Positions 7,998 to 16,601 of a stretch of DNA of 60,081 nucleotides are shown here, in pieces. Made by a program: the position numbers and the translations under genes. Every line of letters begins with the position of its first letter. Position 1 is the stretch's first letter. This DNA comes from Candidatus Collierbacteria bacterium RIFCSPLOWO2_01_FULL_50_23 (lineage in GTDB: Bacteria > Patescibacteriota > Microgenomatia > UBA1400 > MFAQ01). The DNA lies in assembly GCA_001774555.1 (NCBI GenBank), contig MFAI01000018.1, positions 873 through 60,953 on the forward strand, given 5' to 3'. Under the pieces are notes generated by a model. It had not been told where the DNA came from. It did no database searches and saw only the letters and a program-made list of their open reading frames with translations.

Positions 7998-10907
7998 ATG
8001 GCGCTTTCCTACGAAGATGTTGATCTAGTTCTTGCCACGGGCACAATTCTTGCCAACTTTCAGTCAGGCCACAAAGATCTCAGCCAAGCAGACCAAGAAA
8101 CTGCCCTCGCCTGCCAAAAATTAATTCTGGCCCTCATCGACGACCCCCGACTTATTAGTTTCAAGGATCTTTTCGAATTTACCAAAGGCGATCTTACCGC
8201 CTTTCTCTCCGAAATACCACCCTCCATCATGGGTGATGTAGCCGGAATCATTGAAAAAATCATTGCCAATGAACGCCTCCAAAAACAAATTAAAGAACTC
8301 CATGACTTTCTTATTGATTATCTGCTCAGAAGATACAGTGCCGATGAAAAGTTTTCCTGGAAGGATGTTATCCAAAAAGAGCGGGTACCTTTCGCAGAAT
8401 ATGCCCATTATGTCAATCTGGCAAGCGATTATGCCGCCTACCTCGCCCTCCGGGAAGAAGCCCGCCTACCTACCGAAGAGAGGTTGGAAGAAGAAAAAAC
8501 CAAGGAAGTCGAGGCCGCGGAACCAGAAGCGGAAATAGAGGAAACCAAAGAAATCCCAACTGCCGCTACTGCTGCCGTTCCAACCGCAGTTATCGCCGCC
8601 AACGTCAAACTGCTTCTCGCGGACAAAGAAGCCCAAGATGAAATCAACCGCCGGATTGATGAAAAACTCGCCAAAGAAAATATAGATACCAGAAATCTGA
8701 TCAAACGTCTGGTGGCCCTCCAGATCGTCCGCCGTACTGTCCTCGAAATTGCCAAAAACGCCAGTCAGAAAGACAACGCCGCTCTCGCCGAAATTAACCA
8801 GGAGGTAAATTCAAAACCGAAAGACGCACCCGAACCTCTAATTGCTGCCATCAGTCGGGATCTCATCAACTTCGTCCTTCCCCAGGTCGAAAAAGAGCAA
8901 AAAATTCAGATCACCGTAGAACAAAGGGGGGAAACCGTCAAAAATCTGGCTGATATTATTGTTGCTTCCGCCGCCATCGGCGAAATCGACGTCAAGGATG
9001 ATGTTCCCCTCCGTCTGGATATCAAAGATCCCGTCATCCGAGACCAAATAGTCCAGATTGCTCTCGCCGAAGCCGTTCCAGAGTTTAGTTCCCCCGTTGC
9101 TGATCTCCACCGTCAAGTCGAAGAAAAAGTCGTTCTGATCACCCCCACCCCCCGCTACGATCTCCCCGCTATGGTCCAAATCACACCGCAGATTGCCATT
9201 GCCAATCTTGAGACCATCATTCTGCCTCCTGTCACTCTCCCTCCGGTCACTTTTAACCTTCCCGCTCCCATCGAAGACAAGATCGAACAGGCTCAAATCA
9301 TTTCCGAAAAGTTTGTCACCGCCGTTATTCTTAATTCCAAAACCGAACAAGTGATGGATTCGCTTACCGGCAGCATTACTCAAACCCAGGGAAACCAACT
9401 CACCCAGATTCTTATTGGCGCCAATTTGCTCACCCGCGTTGCCTCGACACAAAAGGCCGAAACCGTAGCCACTGTCTACGAAAAACTAGCTCCCGTCAAC
9501 CCACTCGTCGCCCCTATCGCCATTCGCCTCCTCTCCATGGGCTACGATCAGAAAAAAGTCGATCAGGAAATTACCGTTCATCCTACCTCAAAACTGGCTC
9601 AGTTTTTCAGGGAACGTCCAAAAATCAAAGAACAGCTCGACCGAAGCCTTCATCATCTCGAAAATCCGAAAAATGAACTTGGACTGGAGATCTCTCCGCG
9701 ACTCCGTCAACAAGCTGCCCAGGCCGGAACTCCTCCGCCTCATCTCCCCGCCCCTACTCCTCCGGGAGCACTTTCAAACATTGGTAGACAAATTCAATCT
9801 GCCTCAAATCAGATATCCGGCTTTCTCCCGGGCCGCGCCGGCCGGATCTTCAACTTCATTACCCATCCATTTCAATCCATCCAGAGCTACATTGGCAGAC
9901 AGTTCGGAAACCGTATTGCCGCTCAATTTACCAATTTGATCGCTCAAAAATTTGTCAGCCGAATTGCTAATGAAACTCTCAAAAAAGGAGCCGAGTTTCT
10001 CCTCAAAGAAGGATTACAAAAAGGAGTTCAAAAATTAGGAGCCCTTGCCCTAGAAAAAATTGGTGCCACTGCCGTCGTTGCCGGTCTTTCTGCCGCTCTT
10101 GGCGTCAGCACTGCTGGCATTTCTCTCATCATTCAAGCCGCTTTGATGGTTGGCGCAGAAGTCGCTAAAAAAGTTTTTGGGCTCGTCAATGACATGGTTA
10201 CCAGTATCTATGGCAAACCTCTTGAGGCCCGTGACTTGCTGGCCGTGCCCCTACTTGCAGTCGCGGGAATTGGGGGGGTCCTGGGTAGCCTTGCCACCGT
10301 TACTGCCGTCGCCGCTTCTTCCGCCGCTATTATCATCATGGGTTCCACATTTGTTGGTTTTATTCTCTACATCACCGTGATCGGGATTGCTCCCGTCATC
10401 GCCGGTATTGCCCACCTCGAATCCGCCCAAGGCGCTCCCTATTCTGTCGTTTCCGGCGGAGTTGTCCCCGAAGGCTGTCCTTCCGGCTGGCCCCTGGCTT
10501 CAGGTTACGTTACCCAAGGTCCTCGCACTACCTCGACCCACCGAAATGTTGAGGCTATTGATGTTGGTGTTGGCCTCGGCACTCCCATCATCGCCACTCA
10601 TAATGGCCTGGGCCGCTACGATCCCAGTCTCGGCCCTTATGGAAACTTCGTCGACGTCTCCGGCACCTGTAATGGAATCGCTTTCACTACCCGCTACGCC
10701 CACATGGTTACCGGCGCCTTCTCTGGTGAAAAATTAGTCCAGAAAGGCGAGATCATCGGCTACGTCAATAGCACTGGCAACTCTACCGGCAACCATTTAC
10801 ACTATGAAATCAGAGGGGGAAATCTGGGAGATATCAACCAATTCCTCCCCAAACGCGTCGCTCCGGGCTGTATTGACTATGGCAACTGTCAAGTTAATCT
10901 ACCGTAA
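7998..10907 (+). CDS. large T4SS-associated membrane protein with C-terminal M23 (LytM-type) peptidase domain
   Basis: Charged or coiled N-terminal part, a polytopic hydrophobic block (GATAVVAGLSAALGVSTAGISLIIQAALMVG...IIIMGSTFVGFILYITVIGIAPVIAGIA), then AIDVGVGLGTPIIATHNG...YAHM...GNSTGNHLHYEIR. Confidence 0.7.
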   Translation: MALSYEDVDLVLATGTILANFQSGHKDLSQADQETALACQKLILALIDDPRLISFKDLFEFTKGDLTAFLSEIPPSIMGDVAGIIEKIIANERLQKQIKELHDFLIDYLLRRYSADEKFSWKDVIQKERVPFAEYAHYVNLASDYAAYLALREEARLPTEERLEEEKTKEVEAAEPEAEIEETKEIPTAATAAVPTAVIAANVKLLLADKEAQDEINRRIDEKLAKENIDTRNLIKRLVALQIVRRTVLEIAKNASQKDNAALAEINQEVNSKPKDAPEPLIAAISRDLINFVLPQVEKEQKIQITVEQRGETVKNLADIIVASAAIGEIDVKDDVPLRLDIKDPVIRDQIVQIALAEAVPEFSSPVADLHRQVEEKVVLITPTPRYDLPAMVQITPQIAIANLETIILPPVTLPPVTFNLPAPIEDKIEQAQIISEKFVTAVILNSKTEQVMDSLTGSITQTQGNQLTQILIGANLLTRVASTQKAETVATVYEKLAPVNPLVAPIAIRLLSMGYDQKKVDQEITVHPTSKLAQFFRERPKIKEQLDRSLHHLENPKNELGLEISPRLRQQAAQAGTPPPHLPAPTPPGALSNIGRQIQSASNQISGFLPGRAGRIFNFITHPFQSIQSYIGRQFGNRIAAQFTNLIAQKFVSRIANETLKKGAEFLLKEGLQKGVQKLGALALEKIGATAVVAGLSAALGVSTAGISLIIQAALMVGAEVAKKVFGLVNDMVTSIYGKPLEARDLLAVPLLAVAGIGGVLGSLATVTAVAASSAAIIIMGSTFVGFILYITVIGIAPVIAGIAHLESAQGAPYSVVSGGVVPEGCPSGWPLASGYVTQGPRTTSTHRNVEAIDVGVGLGTPIIATHNGLGRYDPSLGPYGNFVDVSGTCNGIAFTTRYAHMVTGAFSGEKLVQKGEIIGYVNSTGNSTGNHLHYEIRGGNLGDINQFLPKRVAPGCIDYGNCQVNLP

Positions 10908-10910
10908 ACT

Positions 10911-11939
10911 ATGAAAATTAAAACTCTCCTTTCGAAATACTGGCTCTTTATAATTCTTTTTCTACTCGCGCTAATTGGTGCCTATTTCTATTTCGCGGCT
11001 CCATCCGTAAAAGTTCCGGAAATAACCATCCCCAGGCCCACACCTGTGCCCACTAGCCCGGTTACTGCACTTCCCCCTATTAATACTGGTTTCAAGCCTG
11101 CTTCTCGTATCATTTGGCGTCTCGACACGCTTCCAATCCCGGAAACATTGTCTGTCATTCATGTCGCCGGGCCACTTGCAGATCCAAATACCTATTCTCC
11201 TCTCGCCAAGATGCTTGGAATCACTACTCAACCCGTAAAGCTCCCCAACCAACCGCTCTACACCTGGGTTTCCACAGATAACGCCGGTAGCTTCTACGTC
11301 AATCTCAGAGACAAAATAGCCTCCTACTCTCTTAATCAGGATCTCAAACCCATACCGACTACCGGTCAAAAAATTAATTCCGATATTCTAATTACCAATC
11401 TGATTAACCTGCTTACTCCCGTTCTCAATTTGTCGGAGAACTTTTCTCTTGTTCCGGGAGAAGTAAAATATCTCATTGTTGCGGATGAACGCTACGTTCC
11501 ATCAGTTCAAAGCCAAGCTACCTTTGCCGAAGTTAACCTCAACTACTCCTTCCGCAACTTCGCCCTCACCTATCGCGGTGTCCCCGCCGTCACTGCCCGC
11601 TACAGTCTCTATGGTCCGCTTGTCAGTTTGCGCCTTTTACTTCCCTTTTCTCAAATCAGTCTCAGCCCGGACTACGATCTCAAATCCTTAAGTCAGATCA
11701 AAGAAACACCCGCCGAAAATTTCGAAATAATTGCCGAGAGCGGCAGTCGTGCCTTTGAACTCTCGGACAAAGAAGAGGTGATGAATTCCATCACCATCAC
11801 TGGAGGCTACGTCGGCTATCTCACCAATCCTACCTCCTCCGCCGTTACTCCTTACGTTTTTCTCACCGGCACTAGCCAGTCAAAGACCTACGGCACTCTA
11901 AACATCACCCTCGCCACCCCCGCCCTCAAGCTCCAGTAG
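10911..11939 (+). CDS. hypothetical N-terminally anchored protein (last gene of the T4SS-like cluster)
   Basis: N-terminal TM helix YWLFIILFLLALIGAYFYF. Starts 4 nt after the preceding stop. No family recognised. Confidence 0.55.
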   Translation: MKIKTLLSKYWLFIILFLLALIGAYFYFAAPSVKVPEITIPRPTPVPTSPVTALPPINTGFKPASRIIWRLDTLPIPETLSVIHVAGPLADPNTYSPLAKMLGITTQPVKLPNQPLYTWVSTDNAGSFYVNLRDKIASYSLNQDLKPIPTTGQKINSDILITNLINLLTPVLNLSENFSLVPGEVKYLIVADERYVPSVQSQATFAEVNLNYSFRNFALTYRGVPAVTARYSLYGPLVSLRLLLPFSQISLSPDYDLKSLSQIKETPAENFEIIAESGSRAFELSDKEEVMNSITITGGYVGYLTNPTSSAVTPYVFLTGTSQSKTYGTLNITLATPALKLQ

Positions 11940-12870
11940 CCAATAGTGCCTCATGTTCTTGTGAAGCGACCTCTTCATCCATCTTGTTTGTCACTTTTAC
12001 CGCCACAAATACTTCAAACCCTGATAATGCTCCAAATCTGTTTGATCCATTAATAAACTCTGTTAGCTCAACATCATCAACTCCGGGTCTTCCGTTTCGA
12101 CTTCTATCCAAAGGGTCGACGATCTGGAAGACGATTTGCCCCGCCGCATCAACGTTGTATCCGATAATTGATTTTGCATGCTGGTTTCGAGAGAACACAA
12201 CCTTCTGGCCCTCAAAAATGGCGTTAAGCAACTCAACCACCGTTGGACGAAGAATCGCCGCCTCATATCTATACTTACCGAACTGCGGTTCAGTGTTCAG
12301 AATTTGGCATATTGTTACTGGTGTATGTGCACCAAAATACCCATCTTCGCTAATCGTCACTGGATTTCCTTCTCTCAAGAGAAGCTTTTTGATAATCCCG
12401 TCCTCCGTTGTGGCAGGGTTCTTTATTTTTAGACCGCAAGCGGTTAAACAATTAACGGTTGAGGCTACAATACAGGTCGAGAGCCTCCTTCCAAAAGTGA
12501 CTGCTCGTTCTCCAACATAGTTTTGGGCATGCGAGTATTTGGTTTCCCCCTCCAACATTTGAAAGGCCGCTCTTTCGTATATCTTCTCCACCTGTTTTTT
12601 CCAGCCTTCCCTTCTTATTCTGGCGGCTTGATCCACTCCGTCCGCACCCGACTCCGACCTGAACATCTCAACGGCGAGTACCGTCATTTCAGCCTCAAAC
12701 TCATCCTGAGTATCTGCCAATTCATTCCGCACCTTCTTAGCTAGCCTATGTGCAGATTCTCTTGCTCTCTCCTCCATCTCACTATGATCCTCCGGTTTCC
12801 CGATAATCACCTTATCCAGCGTATCGTCCGGTTTCAGCTCATTCTTATCCTTATCTTCAAGTCTGGTCAT
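11926..12870 (-). CDS. hypothetical protein, possible papain-fold (C39-like) cysteine peptidase
   Basis: Starts 5 nt after the dnaN stop. Candidate catalytic Cys in RRLSTCIVASTVNCLTACG and His/Asp in QHAKSIIGYNVDAAGQIVFQIVDP, in the usual order and spacing. Confidence 0.35.
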   Translation of the reverse strand: MTRLEDKDKNELKPDDTLDKVIIGKPEDHSEMEERARESAHRLAKKVRNELADTQDEFEAEMTVLAVEMFRSESGADGVDQAARIRREGWKKQVEKIYERAAFQMLEGETKYSHAQNYVGERAVTFGRRLSTCIVASTVNCLTACGLKIKNPATTEDGIIKKLLLREGNPVTISEDGYFGAHTPVTICQILNTEPQFGKYRYEAAILRPTVVELLNAIFEGQKVVFSRNQHAKSIIGYNVDAAGQIVFQIVDPLDRSRNGRPGVDDVELTEFINGSNRFGALSGFEVFVAVKVTNKMDEEVASQEHEALLATGA

Positions 12871-12875
12871 ATCTA

Positions 12876-13985
12876 CTAGTTCTGCGTTCTCACCGGCATG
12901 ATCACGTGCAGGAATTCACTTTTTGGGATCCGAAATACCGCCGGCTTTAACTCCCCTTCGGTTTCCATCGTCACTTTTTCACCTTTCACTACTCCCAGGT
13001 AATCCAATAAGTAACGGGCATTAAAAGCAATTTTAACCTCTTCTCCCTCCACCTCCGCTTCCAAAGAAGACTGACTCCCTCCAACCTGATCACTTTGAGC
13101 CGTCACGCTGATCCCATCCTGCTTGACCAGCAGCTTCACCACGTTTGCACTATCACGGGCAAACAAAGACGCTCGCTTCACCGCCTCCACCAAAGCTTCT
13201 TTCTCCAAAGTCACCGTTATTTTCTTTTCCGTCGGGATCACCTTACTGTAAGGCGGGAACTCCCCCGCGATCAACCGACTACTCATCTCCAGATCGTCGG
13301 CCGAAAAGACTACCTGCTGCTTATCTTTATCAAACTCGACAATCACCGACTTCATTGAGGGCGTGAGAACCCGCGTTAGCTCCATCAGCGCTCTCACCGG
13401 CAGGACAAACTTCTCGCCGGCTTCCACGCCCCCTGAGACCCCATTTTTCAGAGTATCTACCCCCACCCGATAACCGTCGGTTGCGACCAAGGTTGCTTTC
13501 TTCTCCGAAAAAACCCACAGTACTCCGGCCAGGATCGGTCGGGAGTCATCTTTGGCTGCCGCAATGCCGACCCTCTCCACTTTCTCCTGCAATTCTTCGA
13601 TTGATAGTTCCAGTCCCTTGCCGCGGGCTTTGGGCAAACTGGGAAACTCCTCGCTTCCCTGCCCGACCACCTCCGCTTTTACTTTTTCGCCCTTGATTAT
13701 CAAAGTTTGTTTTTCGCCCGTTAGTTCGATTACACCCACCGGCAGTGTCGCCACCAGATCAGAAAACAACTTTGCCGGAATCGCCATCTCACCTTCCTCC
13801 TCCACTTTTGCCCGCACTTTGACTTTGAATGATAGTTCCAAGTCTGTCGCTGAAATGACGAGCCCCTCCTTGCCCGCCTTAAGAAGAACCGTTGAGAGAA
13901 TCGGTAACTGCACCCGCGTGGATACTCCCCTCATCGCGATCGACAATCCTTTCTTTAAGTTTTCCGTCAAAATACTGACTTTCAT
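12876..13985 (-). CDS. dnaN: DNA polymerase III beta sliding clamp
   Basis: 369 aa. MKVSILTENLKKGLSIAMRGVSTRVQLPILSTVLLKAGKEGLVISATDLELS is a typical DnaN N-terminus. Located downstream of dnaA. Confidence 0.9.
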   Translation of the reverse strand: MKVSILTENLKKGLSIAMRGVSTRVQLPILSTVLLKAGKEGLVISATDLELSFKVKVRAKVEEEGEMAIPAKLFSDLVATLPVGVIELTGEKQTLIIKGEKVKAEVVGQGSEEFPSLPKARGKGLELSIEELQEKVERVGIAAAKDDSRPILAGVLWVFSEKKATLVATDGYRVGVDTLKNGVSGGVEAGEKFVLPVRALMELTRVLTPSMKSVIVEFDKDKQQVVFSADDLEMSSRLIAGEFPPYSKVIPTEKKITVTLEKEALVEAVKRASLFARDSANVVKLLVKQDGISVTAQSDQVGGSQSSLEAEVEGEEVKIAFNARYLLDYLGVVKGEKVTMETEGELKPAVFRIPKSEFLHVIMPVRTQN

Positions 13986-14248
13986 GCTCTTTCTTCTATT
14001 ACTTTATTCTTAATATTTAGTACTTAGTATTAATAGAGTCTGTAGATATGTTAACAACACGGCTGGTTCTTGCCTACCACCAATGTGTTTAAGTGATTAT
14101 TAATTGATTCTTCCATCTTTTATTACTGATTTCTGGGTTCCGGGCTTTCCAATTTTGTGCATTTCTAGACTATTATGTGGATTCTCTTGTGAATAATTAT
14201 TGCTAACTTTTCTGTTTCTTTGCTTTTTGTCCCCATTAATTAACATTT
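13986..14248. other. candidate oriC part 2 (dnaA-dnaN spacer: AT-rich unwinding region plus DnaA-box-like 9-mers)
   Basis: Very AT-rich stretch at 13990-14040. 9-mers tgtgtttaa (14084-14092, 7/9), tgtggattc (14176-14184, 7/9) and tgtgaataa (14188-14196, 8/9) compared with TGTGGATAA. Confidence 0.45.
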
Positions 14249-15631
14249 TTACAAATACATATCCTGACGCAGTTTCATGATCTTTTCGCGGACAGTCTGG
14301 TTTGATTCAAATTCACGTTTCATTTTTTCTTCCGCATGCATGATCGTCGTATGGTCGCGGCCGCCCATCAGCTCCCCTATCTTCGTCAGCTGCAGGCCGA
14401 GCTCGTCACGTAGTAGATAAATCGCCACGTGCCTTGCCTCGACCAGTTCGGCCTTTCGGCTTTTACCTACAATATCCTTATTCTTAAAGTCAAAGTGTTT
14501 TGCTACCAGGCTGATCAACTGAATTGGTCTGAGTTTCCTATTTTCCCTTTCGTGTTTTACTCCGACGATTTTTTCAACTAAAGCTTGATTTACCGCTCCC
14601 CCGGATAGACTCGCCTCATTAATAATTCGGACAAAAACGCCCTCCAGCTCGCGGGCATTGGTCATGACGTTGCTCGCGATCAGATTGATGATCTCGGGAG
14701 AGGCGTTCGCATGTAGTTCCACTGCCTTTTGTCGCAGGATCGCCACCCTCATCTCATAATCAGGCAGACCAATGTCTACCGGCAGCCCCCCCAAGAATCG
14801 GGAAGTCAACCTCTCTTCCAATTTCTCGATCTCCTGCGGCTTCCGGTCGGAGGTCATAATGATCGGCACGCCGTTGGAATAAAGTTGATTGAATGTATGA
14901 AAGAACTCCTCCTGACTCGCCTCCTTACCGGAGAAGAACTGGACGTCGTCGATCAGCAAAGCCCCCACTTCCCGATATTGTTTCTTGAAGGCGCCAACCG
15001 TTTTGGACCGGAGTGAATTGACGAGGTCGTTGGTAAATTGTTCGCTGGTGACACAGGTTACTTTTTTAAAGCCTTTTGAAACTAGAGCATGGCCGACCGC
15101 CTGCATCAGGTGAGTCTTCCCTACCCCCACCCCACCCCAAATAAATAATGGGTTATAGCGCACTCCCGGGTACTCAACCACTGCCTTGGCTGCGGCATAG
15201 GCTAGGTTGTTCGACCGGCCAACTACAAAGGAATCAAAGTTAAAACGTGGGAAAAGTCCTTTCGTTTCCGGCTGTTCGATTTTTCTTTCCTCGAACAAAC
15301 CAGTCTTGATTGTCTCGTTTTCTTCTTGCCTGCCGCCGCCTTGTCCTTCCGTAACACGGGCGGAGGAGGATCCGACGACCAAGGCGAGCTCCACTCTCTT
15401 CCCCAGCTGTTTTTCCAGAGCTTGTTTGATCTGACCGTAGTAGCGGGCATCAATTTGCTGTAAATGGAAAGCAGATGGGCTGGCGACCTCGACGATGACT
15501 CTTTCACTATCTATTTCGGTGATACCCTTGATAAAGCAGGGTCGGATCCAGTAGCTAAAAGTCGCGTTGCTCATCGCCACTTCCAGGTCGCCACAAACAC
15601 TTGTCCAGATTGCCGCTTCGTTGACTTGCAT
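14249..15631 (-). CDS. dnaA: chromosomal replication initiator DnaA
   Basis: AAA+ motifs GGVGVGKTHLMQAVG and LLIDDVQF. C-terminal DNA-binding region RKAELVEARHVAIYLLRDE...GGRDHTTIMHA. Start moved to ATG 15631 (MQVNEAAIW) because DnaA-box-like sites lie inside the longer ORF-track version. Confidence 0.9.
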   Translation of the reverse strand: MQVNEAAIWTSVCGDLEVAMSNATFSYWIRPCFIKGITEIDSERVIVEVASPSAFHLQQIDARYYGQIKQALEKQLGKRVELALVVGSSSARVTEGQGGGRQEENETIKTGLFEERKIEQPETKGLFPRFNFDSFVVGRSNNLAYAAAKAVVEYPGVRYNPLFIWGGVGVGKTHLMQAVGHALVSKGFKKVTCVTSEQFTNDLVNSLRSKTVGAFKKQYREVGALLIDDVQFFSGKEASQEEFFHTFNQLYSNGVPIIMTSDRKPQEIEKLEERLTSRFLGGLPVDIGLPDYEMRVAILRQKAVELHANASPEIINLIASNVMTNARELEGVFVRIINEASLSGGAVNQALVEKIVGVKHERENRKLRPIQLISLVAKHFDFKNKDIVGKSRKAELVEARHVAIYLLRDELGLQLTKIGELMGGRDHTTIMHAEEKMKREFESNQTVREKIMKLRQDMYL

Positions 15632-15652
15632 AACTACCCACGGTTTTACAAG

Positions 15653-15672
15653 TTTTCCACATTTTGTCCACC
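15653..15672. promoter_or_regulatory. two adjacent DnaA-box-like sites upstream of dnaA (candidate oriC part 1 or autoregulation)
   Basis: ttttccaca (15653-15661, 8/9) and ttgtccacc (15664-15672, 7/9) compared with TTATCCACA. Their starts are 11 nt apart. Confidence 0.45.
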
Positions 15673-15803
15673 CCCAATATACCCGAACAAAAAGAAAGTT
15701 TTGCGCCGTCAAGTCTATTTAAAATCTGCGATTGGATACAAAAAACCATCTCCATTGCCATTATGCTTTACCTTATGCCGGTTCGCGTGTAAAATATGAG
15801 GTT

Positions 15804-15941
15804 GTGCCAAAGAGAACTTATCAACCAAAAAAACTAAAACGTGCCCGAAAACATGGCTTCCGTGAGCGCATGGCTACCAAAACCGGCCGTCAGGTCCTGC
15901 AGCGCCGTCGTCTTCGTGGTCGCCACAAACTCGCCGCTTAA
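15804..15941 (+). CDS. rpmH: 50S ribosomal protein L34
   Basis: GTG start preceded by GAGG. (M)[44 protein letters not shown] is the canonical L34 sequence. Confidence 0.9.
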   Translation: MPKRTYQPKKLKRARKHGFRERMATKTGRQVLQRRRLRGRHKLAA

Positions 15942-15961
15942 GCCGGATAATAGCATCATCG

Positions 15962-16297
15962 ATGTTAAGTAAAGCGAATCGACTTAGTCTCAAAACTGAT
16001 CGCTTTCGGATTGAAAGTGAGGGCGGAACCCTTTCCTCTTCGTTCTTTACCTTTCTGATCGCCCCTCGTGCTGACATTTCATCTCCTATCAGACTTACCG
16101 TTCTCGTAAGTAAAAAATTCTTGGTCAAAAGCAGCGATCGCCACCAGCTCAAGCGTCGTCTGACCGAAATTCTCCGTCTTAATCTTAGTAAGCTCCCGGG
16201 AGGCATAGATGTAATCCTTATTCCCAAAAGGAGTCTCCTGGGCGCGACGACTGACCAGATCCTGGCTGATCTTATCAAGATACTAAATACTCACTAA
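15962..16297 (+). CDS. rnpA: RNase P protein component
   Basis: 111 aa basic protein directly after rpmH, starting MLSKANRLSLKTDRF. Confidence 0.8.
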   Translation: MLSKANRLSLKTDRFRIESEGGTLSSSFFTFLIAPRADISSPIRLTVLVSKKFLVKSSDRHQLKRRLTEILRLNLSKLPGGIDVILIPKRSLLGATTDQILADLIKILNTH

Positions 16298-16301
16298 GTC
16301 T

Positions 16302-16601
16302 ATGTTTTTTCGCCTCTACCGGCGCTTTATCTCCCCCATTCAACACATTTTTGGACGGTCTTTGTTTGGTTCGTACTATGCCTGCCTTTTTTCCCCGACT
16401 TGCTCGGTCTACTTTGCTACAGCGGTGCGTAAGTATGGTATCATTCACGGAGGTTTACTGGGTTTTCGACGGCTTCTTCGCTGTCATCCTTTCTCGCACT
16501 CACCTCACCTCGACCCCGTACCCCTGCCTGCAAAAGCTTCCCGCCTAGCGGGATGCGGGCAGGTGAAATATCAAATCATAAATATTAACTTGAAATGTTG
16601 A
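16302..16601 (+). CDS. yidD: membrane protein insertion efficiency factor YidD, with a repeat-encoded C-terminal tail
   Basis: YRRFISP...CLFSPTCSVYFATAVRKYGIIHGGLLGFRRLLRCHPFS...DPVP matches the YidD core. The last ~25 codons run through repeat copy B. Confidence 0.8.
   Translation: MFFRLYRRFISPIQHIFGRSLFGSYYACLFSPTCSVYFATAVRKYGIIHGGLLGFRRLLRCHPFSHSPHLDPVPLPAKASRLAGCGQVKYQIININLKC
16523..16563 (-). repeat. palindromic repeat element, copy B (forms the yidD C-terminal tail, just upstream of yidC)
   Basis: Plus strand cctgcctgca-aaagcttcccgcctagcggga-tgcgggcagg. It shares gcctgcaaaagct and tgcgggcagg with copy A but has a different inner hairpin (tcccgc/gcggga). Confidence 0.75.

Noticed and set aside
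15300-15345. GC-rich segment in the dnaA linker (gcctgccgccgcc...gggcggagg) resembling the repeat family
   Set aside because: The termini do not match the family 10-mers. DnaA domain II is naturally variable and Gly-rich.
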